From Thermoanaerobaculia bacterium (GTDB lineage Bacteria; Acidobacteriota; Thermoanaerobaculia; Multivoradales; Multivoraceae): a DNA stretch of 64,000 nucleotides. Positions 47,761 to 57,229 of the stretch are shown in pieces (the first letter of the stretch is position 1; each line of letters opens with the position of its first letter). The stretch spans positions 4,032,001 to 4,096,000 of the forward strand of contig OY762911.1 in NCBI GenBank assembly GCA_963666565.1, given 5' to 3'. A program made the position numbers and the translations under genes. The notes under the pieces are model-generated. The model ran no database searches and was not told the DNA's origin. It was given only the letters and a program-made list of their open reading frames with translations.

Positions 47761-49508
47761 CCCGCATGTTTCACCGATGCGGCGTTCGCGTCGGGTTTTG
47801 AGCTGAGGAAGGCGTTTTGGCGTTGGCCGGAGGCTCTCGCTGGGCTTGGGCGTCGCAGGCGGGTTCGAGTCGGCGTACGGAAGCGTCGCAGGCGGCTGCG
47901 GCGGCGCGGCTGGGCGATCTTCGGACGCACTTCGGCCGGGTGTCGATGCAAGGCGTGTTGTTGTGGGGTCCGATTCCGAGTCGGGTTTCAGGCCGGCGGG
48001 TGGTAGAGGGGTTTTCGTTGGAGGTTTGCCAAGGCCTGGGCGAAGTCGTTCTGCCAGGGGAAGGCGTCGGACAGGTGGATCCAGATGCGGCGGTGGGTGA
48101 TGCGCACTCTGGCGGCGACCTTGAGCAGGTGGAGGCGCAGAGTGCCGCACTGGAGGCGGGCCTTGCCGGTATCCGCGAGAGCGAGCCGTCGCACGGCGGC
48201 GAGCAGGACGTAGGCGAAGGAGGAGAAGTAGAGGCGCAGTTGATTGGCGGCCATGGTGGCGCTCGAGGTGCGGTCGGCGAAGAGGTCGAGTTGCTGCTCC
48301 TTGATGCGGTTTTCCATGTCTCCGCGGGCGCAGTAGAGCTGCTCGTAGAGCGGCTGCTTGCCGGCGCGGCTCCTCCGCAGACTGGACACGACGAAGCGGG
48401 GATTCGCGCCCTTCGCGAGCCACTCCGCCTTGCCCACCACTCGCCTCTTGCGAGACCACGAAGTGTCGGTCCGGTAGCGGAACTCACGGAACCGGCGCGA
48501 CGCCTTGCCGGTCGCATGGAAGCGCCGCCGCGACTTCTGAAGCGGTCGCCCAATCCGCCTCACAAGACGGCGATTCCTTGCCACGCCGAACACGAAGCCG
48601 ATCCCCTGCCTCTCGCACCAGGCCATGATCCGCTCCCGGCAGAAGCCCGAGTCGCCGCGCAGGACGATTCGCACCTCCGGCCAAGCCTCCCGAATCCGGG
48701 CGACGATCGGCGTCAACTCCCGGATCGTGCCCGCGCTGCCATCCTGATTCGACCGCCGCAGCCGCGCCAGCAGCAGGTGCTCGCCACAGAACGCGTACAG
48801 AGGCATGTAGCAGTACGTACCGTAGTAGCCGTGGAAGAACCGGCCCTCCTGAGCCCCGTGCAAAGGATCGTCGGTCGCATCGAGGTCCAGCACGATCTCC
48901 GCGGGCGCCTCCTCGTGAGCCTCCAGAAACAGGTCCACCAACAGACGATCCAACGCCTTCGTGTCTGCCGGGATCCGCTTGTAGCGGTCGCCCGCCGCCT
49001 TGCCCGGACGAGACAACTCCAGCCGATTCAACGCCGATGCGCTCGCCAGCGGACGACCCTTGTCCCGCGTCCGACGACGATCCGCGCCCGTGATGTCCGA
49101 CTTGCCCACCAGCAACGCCATGAACGCGTCCCGGCGAAGCTGGTTGTGGTCATTCAGGTCCTCGTAGCCCAGAGCCAGACCGTAGACCCGCTGAGCCACC
49201 AGATCACGCACCGTGTGCTCGACCGCCGAGGGATTCCGGTAGTCCCGAAAACACGACGCCATCCGCTCCAGAAGACCGAGGCGAGCCTCCGTCTCCCGAA
49301 GCAGCACGCCGCCGCCCTCAGACGTCAACTGGCCGCCGTCGAAACGAACCGTCACCCGACGGCGACCGTGGCGACCAAACTCAAGCTGCGACGGAGTACA
49401 CTCTGTGATCACGGGCCTCGCTCCTGCGGATCCTCCAAATGTCTGATACCACTTGGATTATCTGCCGGAAGAGGCCCGATCTCAAATCACCCCCGTGAGA
49501 TATGCGGG
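47761..49508 (-). mobile_element. IS1380-family insertion sequence (1748 bp)
   Basis: Terminal IRs CCCGCATGTTTCAC / GTGAGATATGCGGG (12/14 match) flanked by a CTAG target duplication (47757-60, 49509-12). Confidence 0.92.
47988..49412 (-). CDS. IS1380 family DDE transposase
   Basis: FDGG.LTSEGG, GYEDLNDH, LDLDATDDPLHGAQEGRFFHGYY, RGDSGF, Y..RGDMENRIKE. Confidence 0.95.
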   Translation of the reverse strand: MITECTPSQLEFGRHGRRRVTVRFDGGQLTSEGGGVLLRETEARLGLLERMASCFRDYRNPSAVEHTVRDLVAQRVYGLALGYEDLNDHNQLRRDAFMALLVGKSDITGADRRRTRDKGRPLASASALNRLELSRPGKAAGDRYKRIPADTKALDRLLVDLFLEAHEEAPAEIVLDLDATDDPLHGAQEGRFFHGYYGTYCYMPLYAFCGEHLLLARLRRSNQDGSAGTIRELTPIVARIREAWPEVRIVLRGDSGFCRERIMAWCERQGIGFVFGVARNRRLVRRIGRPLQKSRRRFHATGKASRRFREFRYRTDTSWSRKRRVVGKAEWLAKGANPRFVVSSLRRSRAGKQPLYEQLYCARGDMENRIKEQQLDLFADRTSSATMAANQLRLYFSSFAYVLLAAVRRLALADTGKARLQCGTLRLHLLKVAARVRITHRRIWIHLSDAFPWQNDFAQALANLQRKPLYHPPA

Positions 49509-49705
49509 CTAGCCCGCGCGTCTCGCCGAAGTCCGTGGCGAGCGCGCGGAGCGCGGCCCTCGGACCGATTCGGCGACGCAGGCGTAGCCGACACTTGCGT
49601 CGAGACGACGCGATGGAGAAGGTCCCGCTGAAGCGAGTGGATCCGCGGGCTCGCCCTACCTGTCCGGGCCAGGTCGGCGGACCGCCGCGCCGGCCGGCGC
49701 CTGCC

Positions 49706-50797
49706 TCAGCCGTCGAGGCACTCGAACGCCTCCTGGTCGCGCGAGGGCAAGGACTGGCCCGGCAGGTTCTCCCAGAGCCCGGTCCGCCCGTCGGGCGCCG
49801 TTACCTCGACCTGGTAGCCGAGATCCGTGGCGCCCGACGCGTAGAGCCACCAGTGACCGTTCAGCGAGCAACCGTCCAGGACCTTGACCAGTACCTCCGG
49901 ATTCGTCCGGTCGAAGAACCAGAACACGCCCGAGGAACCGTCCAGCTTCTCTCCGCTCGCCACGCCCTCGGCGTCCGCATGCCACCAGCACATGCTCACC
50001 GCGTATCCGTTGCGAAGGGTCACCGCCGCACCGTGCGAACAACTCGGCGCCTCCTGCTTCTCGACGGACCGAACGGCGTGAAGCTCGGCCGGCGCGAGCG
50101 CCTTCTCCACGACGTCCCGGCCGCAGCCGCCCGCGACGCAGGAATGGCCCAGGAGAAAATCGAGGCTCAGCTCGTGGGCGATCGTCTCCGCCTCGGCCTC
50201 CGGCACGAAGTATTCCGCCGGCCTCTCCAGGCCCGCCGCGCGATCCGCTATCCAGCGTCGAAACGACGCTCCGTCCCGCAAGGGACGTTCCGGCGCGCCA
50301 GGCCCGGCTGGCCCCGGAAACGGATTCCGCGACCGGGTCAGCACCGTCAGGCCGCCGACCCGAGCTTCCAGGAAGACGCCCACGCCCAAGTCGACCGCAC
50401 GCCAGACGCGCCCCTCCGGACGGAGGAAGAGCAGGGCGCGGTCTCCCTCCTCGAGCATCGCCGGTAAGGCCACCGTTCCCGCAGCGCCGTCGGGGGAAGG
50501 GCCGACCGGCAGCCGGACGATCAACGAACTGGCGGGCACGAAACCCTTCAGCACTTCTTCCACCCAGTACTCCGCGTCCGTCGTCGGCGCGCCGTTCACC
50601 ATCGGCCCCGGCCCGATGGCCGCAACTTCTCCGTAGACGATGACGAGCGACCGGTCCGCCAGATCCTCGTCGGCCGGCGGAACCTGGATGGCGGGGCCCG
50701 CCGTCGCCGGCGCCACGCCGCCGAACGCCGCGAGGAGACCCGAGAAGAACAGCGTTCGGCCAACGGTCGCCCTGCGAGCGTGAGTCTGGAAGCTCAT
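49706..50797 (-). CDS. Secreted protein with degenerate metzincin-like motif and C-terminal 'FWFF..N.EVLVKVLDGC' domain
   Basis: Signal; prodomain-like 'LADRSLVIVYGEV'; 'AHELSLDFLLGHSC'; C-terminal domain shared with the LRR gene. Confidence 0.7.
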   Translation of the reverse strand: MSFQTHARRATVGRTLFFSGLLAAFGGVAPATAGPAIQVPPADEDLADRSLVIVYGEVAAIGPGPMVNGAPTTDAEYWVEEVLKGFVPASSLIVRLPVGPSPDGAAGTVALPAMLEEGDRALLFLRPEGRVWRAVDLGVGVFLEARVGGLTVLTRSRNPFPGPAGPGAPERPLRDGASFRRWIADRAAGLERPAEYFVPEAEAETIAHELSLDFLLGHSCVAGGCGRDVVEKALAPAELHAVRSVEKQEAPSCSHGAAVTLRNGYAVSMCWWHADAEGVASGEKLDGSSGVFWFFDRTNPEVLVKVLDGCSLNGHWWLYASGATDLGYQVEVTAPDGRTGLWENLPGQSLPSRDQEAFECLDG

Positions 50798-50841
50798 TTC
50801 GTCCATCCCCTTCCGGTTGCGGCCCCCTGTTCCTCCCCGCG

Positions 50842-53645
50842 TCACGGGCCGCAGGGGAAGGCGGCGGTGTCGCCGCCGGGGCGCGCCGTCTCGCCGGCAA
50901 TTTCGTTGGTGTAGGTCCACTCGTTCCCGTCCGGCGCCACGACCCGGACGAGGAGCTTCAGGTCGGTCGTCGGCGCCAGGAACACCCACCGCCGACCGTT
51001 CACGGCGCAGCCGTCCAGGACCTTGATCAGCACCTCCACGTTGCCCGGGTCGAAGAACCACAGCAGGCCGGCCTCGTTCGACCACGTTCGTCCGCGCGCG
51101 TATCCCGTCTCTCCGTCCCGGGTCTGGAAGCACGCGAACACCCGGTATCCGCTGACTTCAACCGCCTCCATGGGCGGCTGGCACGTTTCGAGGCCCTCTT
51201 CCGGCGGCGGCGGCTCGACTCCGTTCACCTCGTGCCCGGCCTGATCGGACAGCCCCGGATGGCGGAGCGTCGCGGCCTCGCCGTCGGCCGCGACGATCGA
51301 GGCGTCGTTCAGTCTCAGAGAGTTCCGGATCACGCCGACGCCGTCGTCGTCCCTGTCCCCGCCCTGCACGAGGTACCGGAACACGAGCGTCCGGTCGCCG
51401 CTCTTCCCGCGGAACGTCGCCGCGCGCCCAGTGCCGCCCACGTTCAGGGCCAGCAGCGGCGTGCCGCCGTCGACGTCCACGGAGACGGCCTCGCTCATCA
51501 CGACGGTGACTTCAATCCACTCGCCCCATCCGTACGCGACGCCGTCGGCCGGGAACGAGGTCACGAAGAGCGAGTCCACGCCGGGAGGGGGTGGAGGCGG
51601 GGGTGGGGGTGGCTCCGGGTCAGGTTCCGGCGGAGGAGGGGTTCCGCCTCCTCCGCCTCCTCCGCCTCCTCCGCCTCCTCCGCCGCCGTCCCCCCCCCGC
51701 AGGCCGCAACGGTGTCCGTATCCTCTATCCCCGCGTGCCACGCCGTCAGGGCGGCGGGAAGGCAGACCGTGTTCGTTCCCCCGGCGTGGAACTTCTCCAG
51801 ATTCGTCAGCGCGCTCAACTTGCCCGGGAGTTCGCCGCTCAACTGGTTGCCGGACAGGTCGAGATGGACGAGCAACGTCCGGTCCCCCAGCCAGCCGGGT
51901 ACGGCGCCCGTCAGACTGTTGTCGTTCAGGCCGAGGTACTTGATGCTCTCGAGGTTCTTCAGCGCCTCGGGGATCGTCCCGGTCAACTCGTTGTCGCCGA
52001 GGTACAAGTACCAGGGGGTCGTGGCCGACCCCAACTCGGTCGGAATCCCGCCCGTCAGGCTGTTGTCTTCCAGATTCAGGTAGAAGAGATTGCTCAGATC
52101 GCCCAGTTCGGCGGGGATGGCGCCGCTCAACTGGTTCTCGCTGAGATTCACGCTCCTGAGGGGGAGGTCCCCGAACCAGTCGGGAATCTCGCCCGTCAGC
52201 GCGTTGTCCTGGAGGTTGAGGTAGCCGAGCTCCGTGAGATCCTCCAGCCAGGTCGGCATCGCGCCGGTCAGGCCGCTGTTCTCCATGAACAGCGTCGTGA
52301 GCTCCGCGAAGTTGCCCAGGAACGAAGGCGCGGGATCGGTGAAACTGTTGCCCCCGATGTGCAGCCGCGTGAGAGTCGTCTTGAGGTCGTCCAGCTCCGT
52401 CGGGATGGCGCCGGTCAGGCTGTTGCCGTCGATCCGGAGCGTGCGGAGAGCGGAGAGGCTGCCCAACTCCGACGGAATCGAACCGCTGAACTGGTTGTCG
52501 CCCAGATCCAGGGTGTTCAGTGTCGTGAGGTCTCCCAGCCACGTCGGAATCGAGCCCGTCAACTCGTTCTCGTTGAGATACAGGTCGTAGATCTTCGTGA
52601 GGTTCTTCAGGTTGTCCGGCAGCGCCCCGCTCAACTTGTTGTCGTAGAGATACAGGTACTGGAGGCTCTCCATGTCGCCCAGCTCGGCCGGTATGGCGCC
52701 GGTCAGTGCGTTCTCGCGCAGATACAACTGCGTCACTTTCGTGAGGGCGCCCAGTTCGGTCGGAACCGAACCGCTCAGCAGGTTGCCGCCCAGGTTGAGA
52801 TACGTGAGCTTCGTCAGGCTTCCCAGTTCCGCCGGGATGGAACCGCTCAACCTGTTTCCGGCCGCCCCGTACAGGTGCCCCTCCAGGTTGAGGTGGGTGA
52901 GCTCGGTGAGGTCGCCCAGTTCCGTCGGGATCGAACCGGTGAACTGATTGCGGCCGAGTTCGAGCCGCGTGAGACTCGTCAGATCGCCCAGCCAGGTCGG
53001 GATCTGGCCGGTCAGCCCATTGCCGCCGAGCTTCAGCGTTTCAAGGTTGGTGAGGTTCTTCAACTCCTCCGGCGGCGCGCCGCTCAACTCGTTGAACTGG
53101 AGGTCAAGGTTGCGGAGGTTCGTACTGCCCAGTTCCTTCGGGATCGCGCCCGTCAGGTCGTTCTGCTGAAGCCACAGGTTCTGGAGATTCGTCACGGAGC
53201 CCAACTGGGTCGGGATGGCGCCGGTCAGCTTGTTGCCGTAGAGCTCCAGGCGCGTCAGCCCCGTGAGGCTTCCCACCTCCGTCGGGATGGCGCCGGTCAG
53301 CTTGTTCCCGCCGAGTTTCAGGCTGGCAAGGCTCGTCAGGTCGCCCAGTTCCGTCGGAATCGTGCCGCTCAGGTTGTTCCAGGAGAGGTCCAGCTCGAGG
53401 ACCCGCCCGTTGCCGTCGACCATCACGCCGTGCCACGTGCCGATCGCCGCGTTGTCGTCCTTCCAGTTCGTGCTCGTCGTCCAGTTGGCGCCGTCGGTAC
53501 CGTCGTAGAGCGCCACCAGCGCGGCCTTGTCGTCGTTCGACTGGGCCGGCGCCGGAGCAAGAGCGCCGCCCAGCGCCGCGCCCGCGATCAGGCACGCCGC
53601 AGCTCGCGCGAGGCGCATCACGCCCCGATTCTCGGGTGTCGACAT
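50842..53645 (-). CDS. Secreted plant-RLK-type LRR protein (~22 x 24-aa repeats), frameshifted at a G9 tract before its C-terminal domains
   Basis: LRR-NT 'ALVALYDGTDGANW..W..W.GV'; repeats L..L.L..N.L.G.IP.ELG.L; C9 at 51690-51698. The Gly/Pro linker, Ig-like and 'WFFDPGNVEVLIKVLDGC' domains lie in a second frame ending at 50842. Confidence 0.85.
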
Positions 53646-53696
53646 GGGATCTTCCGGCTCGCGACGGTCCCGGCGAACCGCCGTCGCGGCCGGAGT

Positions 53697-54779
53697 CTAC
53701 TCGTTCCCGGCGCCCGTGCTTCCCGCCTCCGCCTTCCGCTCCAGGTACTCCCGCTCGAGCAGCCGGGCGCCGCGCAGGATGTTGCCCATCGCGTAGTTGC
53801 CTTCGTGACAGGCGTACTCGTAGTTCAACTCCTCGGTGCGGGGCCAGAGGAACTCGCCGCCGTAGGGCGCCGTGTAGTCCGGGTCGTTCACCGTGAACTC
53901 GTAGAGCAGGTCGCCGGCGCCGCTCTGGCGAGTGAAGCGCTCGGTCACCTTCAGGCCCTCGCGCGGCACGCCCGGCCGCTCGAGGAAGTTGGTCGTCTCG
54001 ACCACGAGCGTGTCGCCATCCCACCAGCCGATCGAGTCGCCGCCCAGGGAGCGCACCTCGGGCGGCGCGTGCTCCGCGTTGAGCCGCACCACCTTCGCCC
54101 AGTGCATCCACTCGACCAGGATGACGACGTGGTCCTCGGTCTGGGCGATCGTCTTCAGGTTGTTGTAGAGGATCGGCCGGGCCGGGGTCGCCGCCGCGCC
54201 GAGGTACAGGCAGCGGTCGAGCACCGAGAGCGTCTCCGGTCCGTCGTAAGGATCGTCGCCGGTCTCGATCCACCAGGCCGAGCCGGTGTTCTCGTAGGCG
54301 TAGGGATGGAGGTCGGCGCGGCGCGCCTTGCCGGCCTCGGAGAGCGAGGGCATGCGGCCGTTCGGCGGGTCGGTGAGGATGGAGGTGCGGAACTTGCCGT
54401 CGATCGCGTGGCGCCCGCTGCCGCGATCGGTCCAGAACGAGTTGTAGCCGCCGACCGCGCCCGCGGCGCCGGGAGAACCGTCGCCGCCGGACGGCGGCGC
54501 CGACCGCTCCGGGTCGCTGGCCGCGTTGGCCCTGGCCATCGCCGCCCGGGTCCGCTCCATGATCTCCTCCGCTTCCTCGACGGTGAGGAAGAGCTTGTCG
54601 CCGAACTCCGACGGCCGTTCGAACGGAATCGAACTTGCCAGGTTGTAGCGGCCGGTGAGATCCGGCTTGCCGCTGGCGGTGCGGGGAATGTCGTCGCCGG
54701 CGGCCGCGGCCGGGGCGGCCAAGAGGGCCAGAGCGGCGATCGCGACTACGATGGCGGGTGCGGTTCGTTCGATGCGCAT
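53697..54779 (-). CDS. 'PDL.G...EYACHEGN' family periplasmic protein (paralogue 4)
   Basis: PRTASGKPDLTGRY, TSILTDPPNGR, DRC, GDSIGWWDGDTLVVET, EYACHEGN; GAGGA RBS. Confidence 0.82.
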   Translation of the reverse strand: MRIERTAPAIVVAIAALALLAAPAAAAGDDIPRTASGKPDLTGRYNLASSIPFERPSEFGDKLFLTVEEAEEIMERTRAAMARANAASDPERSAPPSGGDGSPGAAGAVGGYNSFWTDRGSGRHAIDGKFRTSILTDPPNGRMPSLSEAGKARRADLHPYAYENTGSAWWIETGDDPYDGPETLSVLDRCLYLGAAATPARPILYNNLKTIAQTEDHVVILVEWMHWAKVVRLNAEHAPPEVRSLGGDSIGWWDGDTLVVETTNFLERPGVPREGLKVTERFTRQSGAGDLLYEFTVNDPDYTAPYGGEFLWPRTEELNYEYACHEGNYAMGNILRGARLLEREYLERKAEAGSTGAGNE

Positions 54780-55000
54780 GGCGTGTCCTCGCGTCGTGTA
54801 CACGGACCTTGGGGAAGATCGTTCAAGCGTACCGCAACGGAGGTCCCCGCTCCGCCGCTCGCAACGGACCGGGCCGCGAAGCGGAGCCGGCCTTCGGCCG
54901 CCGCGACTCCCTGGCCGCCTTCGGCGGCGGTGGGCTACGGGGCGCCGCTGCTAGACTGAGGCGCCCGTCAAGCCCACCGGTTCCAAAGGACGAACATGCC

Positions 55001-56656
55001 ATGAGATCCTCGCTCCGCCGCCGTCCAGGGCTCCGCCGCCGGCCAGGCACGCTCTCGGCGTTCGCCGGCGCCGCCGTGCTGCTCGCGACGGCGGCCGGCG
55101 CCGCCGACTCGCCGACCTTCAGCCGCGACGTCGCGCCCATCCTGTTCGAGAAGTGCGTGCAGTGCCACCGCCCGAACCAGGCGGCGCCGATGTCGCTGCT
55201 CTCCTTCCGGGAGGCCCGGCCCTGGGCGCGCGGCATGGCGCGGGCGGTCGAGAACGGCGACATGCCGCCCTGGAGCGGAGAGTCTGAGCACGTCGCGTTC
55301 CGCAACGACCTCTCCCTCTCCGCCGAGCAGGTCGCCACGATCACGGGCTGGGCCGCGGCCGGCGCTCCCGAGGGCGACCCCGCCGACCTGCCGCCGGTGC
55401 CGACCTTCCCCGAAGGCTGGACGCTGGGCGAACCGGACTACGTGCTCACGCTCGACCGGATCGAGGTGCCGGCGGAAGGCCCGGACCTCTTCCCCAAGCA
55501 GCGGATCGAGCTCGACCTGGAGGAGGAGCGGTGGGTTCAGGCCATCGAGTTCCTCCCCGGCGACCGGCGCGCGACGCACCACTTCCAGGCCACCTACACG
55601 ACGCCGCGGCGCGAGAGCGGCGGCCCCATCGGCTCCGGCGACAGGGTGAGCGAAGGCGCCGCCGGCAGCGGCGTGTTCGGCATCTGGACCGCGGGCATGC
55701 CGCCCTACGTGTTCCCCGAAGGCACCGGGCGCGTTCTCGGCCCCGGCACGACGATCACGATGGACTCGCATTACCACCCCTTCGGCGAAGCGACGTCCGA
55801 CACAACGCGCATCGGCATTCACTTCGGCGAAGGCGAGCTGCAACGGGAGGTGGCGACCGTCTCGGTGGCAAACACGGGCATCCGCATTCCGCCGGGCGCC
55901 GGCCACCACGCCGAGGAGGGGTTCTTCCAGCCCGACGACGACATGCAGATCCTCGCCTTCAGCCCCCACATGCACGTCCGCGGCAAGGCGATGACCTACC
56001 GCATCGTCCACGCCGACGGCACGTCCGAGACCCTGCTCGACGTGCCGAAGTACGACTACAACTGGCAGTGGCTCTACTACCCCACCGAGCCGATCGACCT
56101 GCCGGCCTCGAGCCGCATCGAAGTCACCGCGGTCTGGGACAATTCGAAGGACAACCCGGCCAACCCCGACCCGGCGCGCGAGATCATCTACCGCGGCGAC
56201 GTGGTCAACGAGATGTTCGTCGGTTTCATGGAGATCGTCCGCAAGGAGGGCGGCTACCACCGGCCGAAGAAGAACATCGACAAGCTCAACGACCTGATCG
56301 CCCGCCACCCCCGGGACGCCTCCTTCCTGGCCGACGGGTTCCTGCCGTTCGCGTTCTGGGCGCCGCGCGAGGGCGAGGGCATCCTCTACCTCGCCTCCGG
56401 CCTGCAGATGTTCACGATCACCCTGGACGACGTCGCCTGGACCGGCGACCGTCTCCGGATAACGACCCACTTCCCCACGCCCGAGGCGTCGGCCATCACG
56501 ACGGTGATCGACGGCGAACGCGACGCGGACGGCGTGCTCCGCGGCACGATCACGATGGGCGCCGGCACGGAGCGTCCCTTCGAGATGAAGCTGGCCGCCG
56601 AGCCCGCTGGCCGGGCGCCGTCCGGCGACGCCACCGGCGCCGCCGCCGGAGAGTGA
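55001..56656 (+). CDS. Cytochrome c fused to a type II copper monooxygenase-like (PHM/DBH) domain
   Basis: 'PTFSRDVAPIL..KCVQCH'; CuH-like THH...HYH; CuM-like PHMH...NEM; 'YDYNWQ'. Confidence 0.8.
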   Translation: MRSSLRRRPGLRRRPGTLSAFAGAAVLLATAAGAADSPTFSRDVAPILFEKCVQCHRPNQAAPMSLLSFREARPWARGMARAVENGDMPPWSGESEHVAFRNDLSLSAEQVATITGWAAAGAPEGDPADLPPVPTFPEGWTLGEPDYVLTLDRIEVPAEGPDLFPKQRIELDLEEERWVQAIEFLPGDRRATHHFQATYTTPRRESGGPIGSGDRVSEGAAGSGVFGIWTAGMPPYVFPEGTGRVLGPGTTITMDSHYHPFGEATSDTTRIGIHFGEGELQREVATVSVANTGIRIPPGAGHHAEEGFFQPDDDMQILAFSPHMHVRGKAMTYRIVHADGTSETLLDVPKYDYNWQWLYYPTEPIDLPASSRIEVTAVWDNSKDNPANPDPAREIIYRGDVVNEMFVGFMEIVRKEGGYHRPKKNIDKLNDLIARHPRDASFLADGFLPFAFWAPREGEGILYLASGLQMFTITLDDVAWTGDRLRITTHFPTPEASAITTVIDGERDADGVLRGTITMGAGTERPFEMKLAAEPAGRAPSGDATGAAAGE

Positions 56657-57180
56657 CGACGGCGCGCGGCAGGTTCCGGGCCGGCTTCCTTGCGCTGCCG
56701 TTGGCCGCGGCGCTGGCCCTGGCCTGCGGCGCGCCGACGATGTCCCAGCTCAAGGCGCTGGTGCGCGCGAGCTTTCCCGGCGTGCCCCAGATGAGCGTCG
56801 AGGAGTTCGACCGGCGGCTCGACGAGACGCCGGCGCCGCTGGTGATCGATGTCCGCGAGCCGCACGAGTACGAGGTCAGCCACCTTCCCGGAGCGGTTCA
56901 CGCCCAGGGCGGGAAGATCGTCGAGCTGGTCGCCGCCGCCGACTCCGAACGGCCCGTCGTTCTCTACTGCTCCGTCGGCTACCGTTCCTCGGCCGCGGTC
57001 GCCGACCTGATCCAGTTGCACGACCCGGAGATTCTCGACCGGGTCTGGAACCTCGAAGGCTCCATTTTCGAGTGGGCCAACTCCGGCCGGCCCGTCTATC
57101 GCGGCGACGTCGAGGTCGACCGCGTTCACCCGTACGACCGGCAGTGGAGCAAGCTGCTCGAACCGCACCTGCGGCCCTGA
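56653..57180 (+). CDS. Rhodanese-like lipoprotein
   Basis: GTGA overlap; lipobox ALAC; IDVRE..EY.VSHLPGA, YCSVGYRS, NLEGSIFEW. Confidence 0.88.
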   Translation: MTTARGRFRAGFLALPLAAALALACGAPTMSQLKALVRASFPGVPQMSVEEFDRRLDETPAPLVIDVREPHEYEVSHLPGAVHAQGGKIVELVAAADSERPVVLYCSVGYRSSAAVADLIQLHDPEILDRVWNLEGSIFEWANSGRPVYRGDVEVDRVHPYDRQWSKLLEPHLRP

Positions 57181-57229
57181 TTCCGCGCGGCGCCGGACCA
57201 GGTACCGAAAGAGACAGAAGGAGCACAAG

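Noticed and set aside
55013-55047. 18-bp tandem duplication (LRRRPG x2) in a signal peptide
   Set aside because: A small in-frame slippage in an n-region with no evident consequence.
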